Assembly (NCBI GenBank): GCA_964057225.1
Contig: OZ059900.1
Location: 26,474,001-26,538,000 of the forward strand
Length of the DNA stretch: 64,000 nt
Direction of reading: 5' to 3'
DNA from: Auanema rhodensis
Taxonomy: Eukaryota; Animalia; Nematoda
The position numbers and the translations under genes are program-made. The number at the start of each line of letters is the position of its first letter. Within the stretch, counting starts at the first letter, position 1. Shown here in pieces: positions 40,826 to 51,952 of this stretch. The notes under the pieces were generated by a model that was not told the DNA's origin, did no database searches, and was given only the letters and a program-made list of their open reading frames with translations.

Positions 40826-41238
40826 ATGGCTGCTAACAGGTTGTGTTTTTTCCTATCTTTTTTTTTTTAATTAAAATATTTATTTTCAGTTATAAGCGTG
40901 TATGTGAAGAGTTGGGGTTCGATTATGAGGAAATTTATCAACTCAGGTAATTTAACAATATTTTTAAAATATACATCTTTTTTTTTAGTAAGCGCATAAA
41001 ACTTACCGAGAGTGGTGGTGTTGAGCTGTGTGACCCCGCAATAACCACTTCCAATAGTGGTCCCTCGTCATCAAGGGTTATTGAAGTTATCACCTTGGAT
41101 GACAGCGATAATGAGTAAGCTATCATATAATGAAAAAGCATGACATTTTTTTTCAGAGAATGGAATCCCGAGATGCCATCAACTAGTGGAGAACAATTAG
41201 GAGGCGGTTCATCCTTCAACGATGTTTGTCAAATAAAG
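40826..41238 (+). pseudogene. Duplicate of pPolB exons 1-4 inside the left TIR (orphan 5' gene fragment)
   Basis: Exons 40826-40839, 40890-40946, 40989-41114 and 41157-41238, with GT-AG introns of 50, 42 and 42 nt, splice to an open 93-codon frame MAANSYKRVCEELGFD...EQLGGGSSFNDVCQIK. Confidence 0.8.
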
Positions 41239-41439
41239 GTACGAGCTTTTAACCTTTTTTTTTTTCATGTTACAATTCTTTTCACTCTATATCTTTTATT
41301 TGATTACATATCTTGAGCAATTTTGAATTCTGCCATCTATTTTTAAACAAATCATCATACATTTGGTGGCTTTTTGAAAAATAAAATAAAATCTGATCCC
41401 AAATCCATGCCATAATATCATTTATTAAATTTTTATTCA

Positions 41440-42160
41440 TTAAAATACACTTAAATTTAAATATTTTGATGCTCAAAAACTGACACATTTAAATATTTTG
41501 TATTTTTCAAATCATTTCACTCCATCTCTTTTATTTAATTTCATATTTTAAACAATTTTAAATTTTTACCACTACTTTATAATTTTTATTTATTAAACTT
41601 TTTAATCATTAAATTACACTTAAATTTAAATATTTTGATGCGCAAAAACAGAAACATTTAAATATTTTGTTTTTTTTTTTTCTAAACCATTTCACTCCAT
41701 CTATATTAAACAATTTTATATTTCTACCACTATTTCATAATTTCATTTTTTAAATTTTTAATCATTAAAAAAACATTTAAATTTCAATATTGTGATGCTC
41801 AAAAACTGAAACATGTAATTGATTTATATTTTCTAAGCCATTTCACTTCATCTCTTTTATTTAATCACATATCTTGAACAAATTTAAATTTCTATCACTT
41901 TTTCATAATTTCGTTTATTAAATTTTTAATCACTAAAAAACATTTAAATTTCAATATTGTGATGCTCAAAAACTGAAACATTTAAATATTTTGTATTTTC
42001 TAAACCATTTCACTTCATCTCTTTTATTTATATATATTTTAAACAATTTTATAATTCTACTATTATTTAATTTTTATTTATTAAATTTTTAAACATTAAA
42101 AAAAAAAAAATTGATGCTCAAAAACTGAAACATTTAAATATTTTGTATTTTTCTAATCGT
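41440..42160. repeat. Degenerate ~150-170 bp AT-rich tandem repeat; its mirror copy lies in the long pPolB intron at ~50620-51340
   Basis: Core TGATGCTCAAAAACTGAAACATTTAAATATTTTG recurs near 41468, 41637, 41794, 41960 and 42113. Confidence 0.75.
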
Positions 42161-42347
42161 TTTGAAACAAACTAAACATATATTTGAAAACATTTCAATT
42201 AAATAAAAAAAAAATAACGACTATAACAAACAAAGAGACATAATAATTTTAAGCAAAAGATGAAACAATTCATATATATTCTTAAAACTATTTTTATTTA
42301 AACTTTTAAAAATAAAAATAAAAAAAAAAAAGCATGTAAACTGTTAA

Positions 42348-43019
42348 CGTTTTTCCAACAGAAAGTTTATTCTGCACTTGCCCAAAGGTAACTATGCAAA
42401 TGGTGATGAAATAATACGCGGAATCAATGCTGGAAAAGAACAATTTATTGCTAGCAGCACTAAACCTCTTGAAGCTGAGGAAGAAGCACGTATAAAGGGT
42501 TTGATAGATAAAGATGAAGATGTGAAAAAGTGGTATAATAATCGACAAGCTGAGGCTAAACTTGTCAAGGAAATGCTGGCAGACGCCACGTTTCGATTTA
42601 ACAAAACACTACAACGCATAGAGTTTGTAACAAGTAAGCGGCTATTATTGAATGCAACACTCGGTGATGCTCTCGCATATTTTCTTGGCTTTGAGAATAA
42701 AATTATCAACGACACGTTAATAGCCAGGCGCCCCATTGATTTTTCAAATAACATTAATACAATGTATATATATTGTGATATTGTAGAATATTCCATTCTC
42801 GGTAATGTGAAAGCTAATTTACTTGCATGTTTACCTGTACCACCTTCCACCGAATTTGGTAAAATGATTGCCAAAACATTTAATCCTATTCGTTATGTAC
42901 CAATCACTAAGCAAACACTCGATACTATACGTATTGAAATTTTAGATGAATTCGGCCGCCCTATGCAATTTAATTATGGTTCTACAGTTGTTACATTACA
43001 TGTTAAAAATGTGAAATAA
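42348..43019 (+). pseudogene. Minor capsid protein (penton/PX-like), 5'-truncated at the TIR boundary
   Basis: C-terminal pattern MYIYCDIVEYSILGN..ANLL...F.PIRYVP....IRIEILDEFGRP..F..G..VVTLH, typical of Polinton minor capsids. The frame opens right after a TAA at the TIR junction, with no N-terminal ATG. Confidence 0.8.
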
Positions 43020-43123
43020 ATGTTTTATTCAACAGTTATACAAGACCACATTACGATTTTCGAAGGTTTAAAAGGTAGTTCAGCGCCGTTTTGTTCGATG
43101 CGCGGCTCGTGTTGTGAATATTC

Positions 43124-43489
43124 TCAGTTACTATTGCAGCGGCATCGTTTTGGTTCGGTTGACTGTACAAACTCCTCAGTTTTTTCAGAGGGTTCGCTGG
43201 TATCATTTCCATCACCATCTTTACCATTCGTTCCATTACTATTATGAAGACGCCGAATATGACGCTGACAATTGAATCTTGTTCCAAAAGTTTCACTACA
43301 ATAAGGGCACAAACGTCTACGAACACCATCCAAATGTCCATATTTTTGAATAAAGTCAGCATTGCTGATATAACTGTTACATACGGGTTGAATCCCGTCA
43401 TGTCTTTTTAATACGTGATCACTAAAATGCTTGGCTGATGAAAATATTTCCTTGCACGTAACACAATACTTGTTACATAAAAGTTCCAT
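43124..43489 (-). CDS. Small protein with two C2H2 zinc fingers (~121 aa from ATG at 43489)
   Basis: YCVTCKEIFSSAKHFSDHVLKRH and LCPYCSETFGTRFNCQRHIRRLH; basic PKRCR near the C-terminus. Confidence 0.75.
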   Translation of the reverse strand: MELLCNKYCVTCKEIFSSAKHFSDHVLKRHDGIQPVCNSYISNADFIQKYGHLDGVRRRLCPYCSETFGTRFNCQRHIRRLHNSNGTNGKDGDGNDTSEPSEKTEEFVQSTEPKRCRCNSN

Positions 43490-43747
43490 TAGAGGAAAAT
43501 AAAAAACAACCACACACAGTCAACTCACTTTTATATAATGAGTGGAATAATGACTAGTGTTGTACAAAAGCCTAGTCCCAGAGATATTCCTTTAATGAAT
43601 GGCACTGAAATACGTTTCAAAATCTTTTTGTACAGGGGTGTTGGCACAGATTGTTCCAACGTGTATCTTATACATAATTCACAGTGACAGGGAATATTCA
43701 TAACTGACCACCTAATGTAGCAGGTGACGTTTTAATGGCGAGGTTGA

Positions 43748-44203
43748 TCATATGCTAGATAATTTATAGTCGAATACTTTATGCATAAACGCTTTAATAA
43801 AGACATCATCGTTTTGTAATAGTTTAAAAAATGAACAAATGCTTTCAAATGTATTACCAGCTGACAACATTAGTATTACAAATATTGCATAACCACCACA
43901 AGTGTATTCAATTATGCGTTGTGGTTTGCAAGTATTAACTTTTACATTTTTATATTTGGCCAGATAATGACGAATGTACTTGTTCATTTTATAACCCAAG
44001 CTACAGAAAAAGTAGGCTTGATCATTACGTACAAAGATGACTTGCCAATGTGTGCCCGGTTTATCGTGTGTGTCAGTATTTACAACAAGTGCAAAGTTCT
44101 TTCGACGTGTTTTGGGTAGAGTATCCGCGCTAAATACACCGAGGAATAGTTTTCGAGTGATGCGGACAGATCGCAATAGTGACGCTATTTCAGACGAATA
44201 CAT
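43748..44203 (-). CDS. Adenain-like (Ulp1/C5-type) cysteine maturation protease
   Basis: FLGVFSAD, VVNTD...PGTHW (catalytic His), FFCSLG, PQ....TCGGY (catalytic Cys). Confidence 0.92.
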   Translation of the reverse strand: MYSSEIASLLRSVRITRKLFLGVFSADTLPKTRRKNFALVVNTDTHDKPGTHWQVIFVRNDQAYFFCSLGYKMNKYIRHYLAKYKNVKVNTCKPQRIIEYTCGGYAIFVILMLSAGNTFESICSFFKLLQNDDVFIKAFMHKVFDYKLSSI

Positions 44204-44253
44204 TTAGTAAAATGATCTAGTGTAACTTTTGTATTGCGCACGTGCGGTTCAAT

Positions 44254-44706
44254 ATGCCACACCTCCTTCTAGACTTGAACTCAATTCAATGGACAACACT
44301 TTTGAATCAACAAATGGGTGGGGCGCCATTTAGTGGAATGATGTTTCAACGTGGTATGCAGAGAGGTCATGGCCTGGGTGGTATACTGGCAACATTGGCA
44401 TCGTTTTTACCACGCATTATTCAATCACCTATAGCCCAAAATCTCATCAATGCTGGAAGGAATGCATTATCCAGTGCTGTAAGCAATAGTCCAGTTCTAA
44501 ACTCACCTCTTGGCGGCCAGTTGCTAAAAACTAGCAATGAAATTGTTGATGGGGTGCTCAAGGGCGATAATATCAAGCAAACTCTTAAAACAGCCGGCCG
44601 GCAGGCTATACGAGATCTTACCGGTTTGGGCAAGCGGCGACGACGCAAAACCACAAAACCTCATAAGCGTCTGTGCATAACTCGTGAGCGGTCGTATCGT
44701 ATTTAA
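44254..44706 (+). CDS. Small Gly-rich/basic Polinton virion (core-like) protein, ~150 aa
   Basis: QRGHGLGGILATLASF motif of the kind found upstream of Polinton MCP genes; basic C-terminus KRRRRK; its TAA abuts the MCP ATG. Confidence 0.7.
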   Translation: MPHLLLDLNSIQWTTLLNQQMGGAPFSGMMFQRGMQRGHGLGGILATLASFLPRIIQSPIAQNLINAGRNALSSAVSNSPVLNSPLGGQLLKTSNEIVDGVLKGDNIKQTLKTAGRQAIRDLTGLGKRRRRKTTKPHKRLCITRERSYRI

Positions 44707-46041
44707 ATGGCTAAATTGATAGATTCAAAATCAGCACAAGCACTTTTACCTAATATTAATTATAGTGACATACCGGCGTCGGCATTAGGTGTTGAATCCA
44801 CTCGTACTGTACAAGTTCCTTTAAAAAATACTTTTCTTCCTCAAGGACCATGGGAATTTGTTATAGCCCAAAATTCCAAATCATTTCTTAATCTGAGAAG
44901 GTGTTGGTTGAATGTAAAATTCAAAATTGTAACCACAAACGGTGATCCAGTACCAGACAACCTTGTTTTTGCACCATGCCAACAATTTGCAGCCAGTTTG
45001 ATACACTCGTATCATTTAAAAATTGGTGATGTTAGCGTGTATGACTCTACCGTAAATCATGCCTACAAAACATATATTGAGAATATTCTAATGTATAGCA
45101 ACGATGTTAAAGAGAGCAAACTTGCCATATCAGGCTATCATGCGGATAGATATATAGATAATGCAGCCAGTCCTGGCTTTAGAGCGCGACAAGGGCTTGT
45201 TAAAAATGGCATATTGTGTGAGATGGCTGCTCCCATCAGTATCGACTTATTCAATCAGGAACGACTGTTTGTAAACTATTCAAAAATGGAGCTAACTGCA
45301 TATCCAAACCGTGATAATTTCTTAATTGACACACTTGGATGGAATAATGAAAGCAAGGATGCTGCAATGAAGGAGGAGTTTCCAAACCTGAAAATAGATA
45401 TCAACGATGTGCACTTGCTTATTCAAGAGTTTGATCTAAACGCTGGATTAGCTATGGCTATAGAAGATAAACTTGTAAAGGAACGAATACACTACCCCAT
45501 GACGTCAGTGAAAATGCGCTCTTATTTCATAGAAGGAGGCCGTTTGGATTCACCCAATAACATATTATTCACGTCGCATACACCGAAACGTGTTGTAGTA
45601 GGTCTTGTCGGCGCACACGCCTATAATGGTACTTTTAAACATTCGCCATTCAACTTTAAACCGTTTGAATTGAAAAATATATACTTGACGCTCAACAATC
45701 GGGTAATACCTACCCGCCCTTATAATTTAGAATGGCGTTCTTCCTATGCCACAGCATATATTGACATGTTGGAGGGTTTGGGTCTTGGTCGTACAGATTC
45801 ATCCAATGGTATTACACCAGCAATGTATAAAACCGGCTTCACATTTTTTGTATTTGATATTTCACCGACTGTACACTCGTCCGAGTTATTTGATGTTATA
45901 CGACAAGGTAATGTGGCCCTGAAATTGGAATTTGGTCAACAAACGCCGCAAGAGGGTTTATATGCTATTGTTTATGCAGAATATGACTCTATTCTTTCAA
46001 TTGACAACAATCGTGCTCCATATATTGATACCAGTTTGTAA
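44707..46041 (+). CDS. Major capsid protein (PY, double jelly-roll), 444 aa
   Basis: Size, position and motifs (GPWEF, HAYKTYIENIL, DLFNQERL, PKRVVVGLV...AYNG..KHSPFNF, GFTFFVFD, IVYAEYD) match Polinton MCPs. Confidence 0.9.
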   Translation: MAKLIDSKSAQALLPNINYSDIPASALGVESTRTVQVPLKNTFLPQGPWEFVIAQNSKSFLNLRRCWLNVKFKIVTTNGDPVPDNLVFAPCQQFAASLIHSYHLKIGDVSVYDSTVNHAYKTYIENILMYSNDVKESKLAISGYHADRYIDNAASPGFRARQGLVKNGILCEMAAPISIDLFNQERLFVNYSKMELTAYPNRDNFLIDTLGWNNESKDAAMKEEFPNLKIDINDVHLLIQEFDLNAGLAMAIEDKLVKERIHYPMTSVKMRSYFIEGGRLDSPNNILFTSHTPKRVVVGLVGAHAYNGTFKHSPFNFKPFELKNIYLTLNNRVIPTRPYNLEWRSSYATAYIDMLEGLGLGRTDSSNGITPAMYKTGFTFFVFDISPTVHSSELFDVIRQGNVALKLEFGQQTPQEGLYAIVYAEYDSILSIDNNRAPYIDTSL

Positions 46042-46179
46042 TGTATGTAATAAACTCTTTAAAACATTTGATGAGAAGAATAAAATTTATTAATACAACT
46101 ATACATAAAAATCTATAAATACAACCATATACAAATATACACGCGATAATAAAATTTATAAATTCAAATATATTAAAAA

Positions 46180-49100
46180 TTATTCACAATAACCATAGGG
46201 TAAAGTACTAAAATCGTCTAGATAACAAAGTTTATCCATTACGACCTTGGTACTCTTTGTCATGTCCATCGTGGATATGGCACCAAGCTGCCTCTTTAAT
46301 AACGTTGTTTTGGTTTTTAAAACCAATTTTTCTCCATCCATCACGAGTCCTCGAACCAATCGCTCCATACTTTGATAGTTTACCACGGTGGCTGCCGTGT
46401 GGTCCAGCGTCTGTAATTTTAAAAAGTTTCTCAATAATATATTTTTATACTTACCACTCCCTTTGCCTTGGTGATATACTTGACCTGACCAGCTGCATTT
46501 ACTAGCTCATAACTATAAACTTTTGCAGCTGGTGAAACAAATTTGGTCATTGACCAACCATCGGGTATTTCTGAGGTTAGTTTACCTAACCATTCACCCT
46601 TCATATCCTCAATTGGATCAGGCTGATCGAGGCATTTTAAATAAATTAGAGAATCGGTGTCTAAATGATGTACGTTTAAATTGTATACAAAGTATAAAAT
46701 TACCTGTATACACCAAGTTCTTTCCAATTTTTTCCATTGCCTTATACAATAGTAGCCTTGCATGAGCGGTTGTATAAGCCGCTATGGCTACATTTGTAAA
46801 CGGCGCTGGTGCCAGGTGTGAGTCTTCTGGCACTGTTGTACAGTACGCCACATCGTCCACAATTTTGAAGCCCGTGAGTTCCCTTGCAGGATCAGTTATG
46901 ATCCTACCAATTTCAGGATCCTCAACACCAATAATCTTGGTTTGGGCTTTATCCGGTCTTTGACCCATTTTACCCCATACACTATAAACAAATTTGTAAA
47001 TTTTTATTTTTAAAAGTTTACATACCTATTCAGCTGTAGTTTGGCAATGCTACGCATGGCCGCATTCTTTTCAATTTTGTTGCTCTCCAGAGCAACACCA
47101 GTGTTCTCCTCGTGCTCTTGGAGATATTTTAGCTGTAAAATTCTATTTAATGCCATACTTTTCATGACACATACCTTTTCAGCCTCTGTCATATTTGGCT
47201 TAGGCCAGCCCGATGCCTCTTGCTTAATTTTTATGTACTTTTGTACAAAATCCTTGAATAGGCCTCCTTGCTGCCATTCATCCCAGTGCCAAACCTCATA
47301 AACATGAAGCACTTTGTAGCCACGCTGTATGGCACATTCGAGCTCTACATGCGTTACAGTCAGATGCAGCTTTCGAGCGTCTTCATCATCTTGGTGCGGG
47401 CATGTTACATTTTTGCCTCTGTTTGCACATGTGCGGCAGTTTGTAAAAATTAATTTACCGCCTATGCGTGTTCCTAATACAGGATACAACAAATTTGTGG
47501 GTGCAAGCACGTCACATTTCACAAGGCCCTTGTATGGGCAGCATGCCTCAAAACTCTCAAAGCCCTCAGTAATCACTTTAGGATTACCCACAGGGTAATA
47601 GGCATCAAATGCCGTTACATATGGATAAAGTGAACAAAAGTCCACATACTCTAGTGAGTATCTATCCGAAGCTTGGGCCAAAAGCTTATATGTTTGAGTT
47701 CGGCCGCCGGTGAAGGCATCTCGAGGTGCCAATCGAGTTACAACCTCAGTGTCCTTCATAAAATTTGCCATTTGCTCATTTGATGACATTTGAGCAGTAA
47801 TTTCGTGTTCCCACACAGTGGTTACACTAATGCCCTGGCTTTGAATAGCCTCAAGCCTTTTCATGGTTTTTTCATAAACCTAAATGTTTCGGTTAAAAAT
47901 GATTTAAAAAAGTATTGGTTACCTCTTCCATTGTTTCACCATTTCTGCCTGGTGCAATAGCAGTCTTGTTGGTGCACTGGGGGCAACCATGATAAATACA
48001 GCCATTAAACTACAAAATTTTTCATTTTTTTTTACATTTATTACAAATTACTCACCTCATAGCCGTGATTAGCCACACTGTCATAAGCATCAAGTAGATA
48101 GCGTTGGCCATCTACTCGCACAACAAATTCACCACCATTAAGCTTATGCATTAATGGGCGGCCTAATCCGTGTTCTAGCCATTTAATGTATTTTATGGCA
48201 ATTATACTCTGCTTCTGGCCGGCATAATAACCAGTCTCAGGCAGAATACCCACTTGGTTCTCTTTAATGTGGTTCATTTTCAACTGTAATATACTAGTTT
48301 TGAAAATGCTTGTATTTTAAAAAAAAACTTGCCTGGAATAAAGAGAAACTGGCAAATGTCATACATTGTATGACAGGATTCCAGCCAGTGGTGGCGGTGG
48401 CCAACTTCATGTACACTTTCATACAGTTGGTTAAAATACGGACATCTGTCCTACAATATTCCAGAAGCTCCTCATCAAAATCAAACACACTTTGATTACG
48501 CTCCTCATACCAAATATTGAATGAAGCTAGGTCTTCTGCTTTCATTCTAGCAGTACAATAGTAATGCTTTGGTGGCAAGGATGGTAGCACTTTGCCATAA
48601 TTTATTGGGTGGTTAAAGAGGTATGGGAATTGTCCTTTACTCATATCAGGTACACCAAATGCCTTGGGTAACGCTGATAAGGGTAAAGGCACTAGTAAAT
48701 AACTATCTTTAAAACATAAATGGTTAATGTTTTGACCTCTTAAAGGCTTGACAACCATGCTAATAATCTTGGTCCCATTTAAAATGGGGTCAGGATATAT
48801 TCCACGGTTTATCAGCCTAGACACCAAGAAATGTATGTCAAAGCGCGACCCGTTGTGCGCAATCAAAATTGCATTATCATTCTCAGAAAAGTTGAGTAAC
48901 CAATCAAGGAAACGATCTGTTACAGACCATTCACTATCACCTTGTTGGTACCCAAAATGGCCCTCCTTGGTTGTGCATTTCTCACAGGAATTGGCATCTA
49001 TACAACTTTCACAAAATTTGTTATACACAACCATATTGGGCCATTGTTCATCTGCATATTCATGAACATTTGTGCCGTTTTTTAACACAACTGTTTCAAA

Positions 49101-51952
49101 GTCATAAAATATAATCTTAAACAAGTAAGCATTACACTTGTAAAGATGTTAAATACAAACCTTGAACTTTTCTTGCTTCTTTTTTAGCTGAGCCTTCTTC
49201 TTGTCGTTAGGTGGAACCCAACAACAAGAGTGCTCTTCAGGCTTTGTCTGACCGCACTTTTTGCAGAATTTTTCATTGCAATTGTGCGGTCTATCAGCAC
49301 GGACCATGTGATAGTGATCACACGCCACACATGTCTGAATTTAAGCTTGTTATGTACAACTTTAAATTTTCACAAAATACCTTGAATTTTCGGCAGGCTT
49401 TTCGCAAATGCCTATCGAAGCATTGTTGAGTTTTAAACAAAACTCTACAACTATCACACCTCACGCTACTCTCAACCACATTCCCCATCGCATTACAATT
49501 ATAGGTGTGGCATTTTTTACATTTGGCTTTACATCTATGCAACACTGTATTGTAAGATAACTTACAGTGTTGACATATAATACCATCAAAAATTTTCGAA
49601 CGACTACCAGCTGTAATACAATCATAGTGATTATTTCGGTAACCTAGTGTTACCAATTTGCTAGCCGCTTCATTAAATATTTTCTGGATAGTGTACATAC
49701 GCTGTCCAGGCGGTCTAGCATATACTACAAACTTATAGTTTGTATTACAGCTGGCAATAATGTTTAAATGAATTAAATTATAATTTGGTAAATCTACAGA
49801 AATACCACACCTATTTAATAAATTGATATGGTGTGGCTGATTTGGTAATAAGATGTAATTGCGACGAAGGTTTTGCAGCCTTCGCTTCTCATCGCCATCT
49901 TCAGTAGCCAACTCGTCAGCTTTCCACATTCCCACAACTGCTGATCTAGCCAGACAATGTGAGTCAGTGTTGGCAATGGTTCCAGGTATTTTGAGTTCGG
50001 GGTCAAAATAAAACCCGACTCTACCTTCACCAGGCATCAGGCTTGGCTGCGCTGGCCTTTCATCAAACACATACATCTCAATATTCATTGCCTGGCTGAT
50101 CACAGCCTCTCGTTTTGATTGCTGCACCTTGCTGATGGCATTCATAATGGCTACGCCATCCAGATGCTCCCTTCTACGAAAGTCCATAAATATGGAGCCC
50201 TTTTCAAAGGAAGGGTGCTCAATTGATAAACAAAATAAGGCTTTTTGCTTATCAGGCACACCGCTTTCAGCAAGACAACGATCAAGGAATTCGTTGAATA
50301 ACCGCGGCATGATAACATGCATTGGTTCATCAACATTTTCCAAGTGTGGGAACGTGAGCGATCGAACGACCACGTTGGTAAAACGACCGGTGCGTTTTAT
50401 GCGCCGGTGTGACCACTATAATAAACAACATTTATAACAGTTTACATGCTTTTTTTTTTTATTTTTATTTTTAAAAGTTTAAATAAAAATAGTTTTAAGA
50501 ATATATATGAATTGTTTCATCTTTTGCTTAAAATTATTATGTCTCTTTGTTTGTTATAGTCGTTATTTTTTTTTTATTTAATTGAAATGTTTTCAAATAT
50601 ATGTTTAGTTTGTTTCAAAACGATTAGAAAAATACAAAATATTTAAATGTTTCAGTTTTTGAGCATCAATTTTTTTTTTTTAATGTTTAAAAATTTAATA
50701 AATAAAAATTAAATAATAGTAGAATTATAAAATTGTTTAAAATATATATAAATAAAAGAGATGAAGTGAAATGGTTTAGAAAATACAAAATATTTAAATG
50801 TTTCAGTTTTTGAGCATCACAATATTGAAATTTAAATGTTTTTTAGTGATTAAAAATTTAATAAACGAAATTATGAAAAAGTGATAGAAATTTAAATTTG
50901 TTCAAGATATGTGATTAAATAAAAGAGATGAAGTGAAATGGCTTAGAAAATATAAATCAATTACATGTTTCAGTTTTTGAGCATCACAATATTGAAATTT
51001 AAATGTTTTTTTAATGATTAAAAATTTAAAAAATGAAATTATGAAATAGTGGTAGAAATATAAAATTGTTTAATATAGATGGAGTGAAATGGTTTAGAAA
51101 AAAAAAAACAAAATATTTAAATGTTTCTGTTTTTGCGCATCAAAATATTTAAATTTAAGTGTAATTTAATGATTAAAAAGTTTAATAAATAAAAATTATA
51201 AAGTAGTGGTAAAAATTTAAAATTGTTTAAAATATGAAATTAAATAAAAGAGATGGAGTGAAATGATTTGAAAAATACAAAATATTTAAATGTGTCAGTT
51301 TTTGAGCATCAAAATATTTAAATTTAAGTGTATTTTAATGAATAAAAATTTAATAAATGATATTATGGCATGGATTTGGGATCAGATTTTATTTTATTTT
51401 TCAAAAAGCCACCAAATGTATGATGATTTGTTTAAAAATAGATGGCAGAATTCAAAATTGCTCAAGATATGTAATCAAATAAAAGATATAGAGTGAAAAG
51501 AATTGTAACATGAAAAAAAAAAAGGTTAAAAGCTCGTACCTTTATTTGACAAACATCGTTGAAGGATGAACCGCCTCCTAATTGTTCTCCACTAGTTGAT
51601 GGCATCTCGGGATTCCATTCTCTGAAAAAAAATGTCATGCTTTTTCATTATATGATAGCTTACTCATTATCGCTGTCATCCAAGGTGATAACTTCAATAA
51701 CCCTTGATGACGAGGGACCACTATTGGAAGTGGTTATTGCGGGGTCACACAGCTCAACACCACCACTCTCGGTAAGTTTTATGCGCTTACTAAAAAAAAA
51801 GATGTATATTTTAAAAATATTGTTAAATTACCTGAGTTGATAAATTTCCTCATAATCGAACCCCAACTCTTCACATACACGCTTATAACTGAAAATAAAT
51901 ATTTTAATTAAAAAAAAAAAGATAGGAAAAAACACAACCTGTTAGCAGCCAT
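46180..51952 (-). CDS. Protein-primed family B DNA polymerase (pPolB), 14 exons, ~1370 aa predicted
   Basis: Introns at 51889-51938, 51790-51831, 51622-51663, 50416-51539, 49335-49380, 49116-49160, 48284-48332 (GC-AG), 48010-48055, 47880-47922, 47133-47174, 46982-47025, 46661-46703 and 46411-46454 give one continuous frame. It contains ExoI YDFET, ExoII HNGSRFD, ExoIII YCRTDV, Vsr-like EFNGCIYHGC, motif A DFCSLYP, motif B KLQLNSVWGKMGQ, motif C YTDTDS and C-terminal LPYGY. Confidence 0.9.

Larger units (their letters stand above)
39201..42346 (+). repeat. Left terminal inverted repeat (~3146 bp)
   Basis: Reverse complement of 50435-53576; the ORF track shows mirror-image ORFs. Identity ends at ...GCATGTAAACTGTTA. 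Confidence 0.96.

Noticed and set aside
39224-41488. Short mirrored ORFs in the TIRs (ILTADAENM repeats, 40141, 40172, 40547, 40938, 41282 and their partners at 51290-53553)
   Set aside because: They are translations of tandem repeats, AT-rich DNA or the antisense of the pPolB exons; their duplication just reflects the TIR.
42392-43401. Alternative ORFs 42392-42874 (-), 43020-43247 (+) and 43051-43401 (-)
   Set aside because: Antisense or off-frame shadows of the penton and C2H2 genes, with no recognisable motifs.
46180-50373. pPolB as a fragmented pseudogene or several separate genes
   Set aside because: Every break is bridged by a 42-49-nt intron with proper splice sites that restores the frame and motifs.
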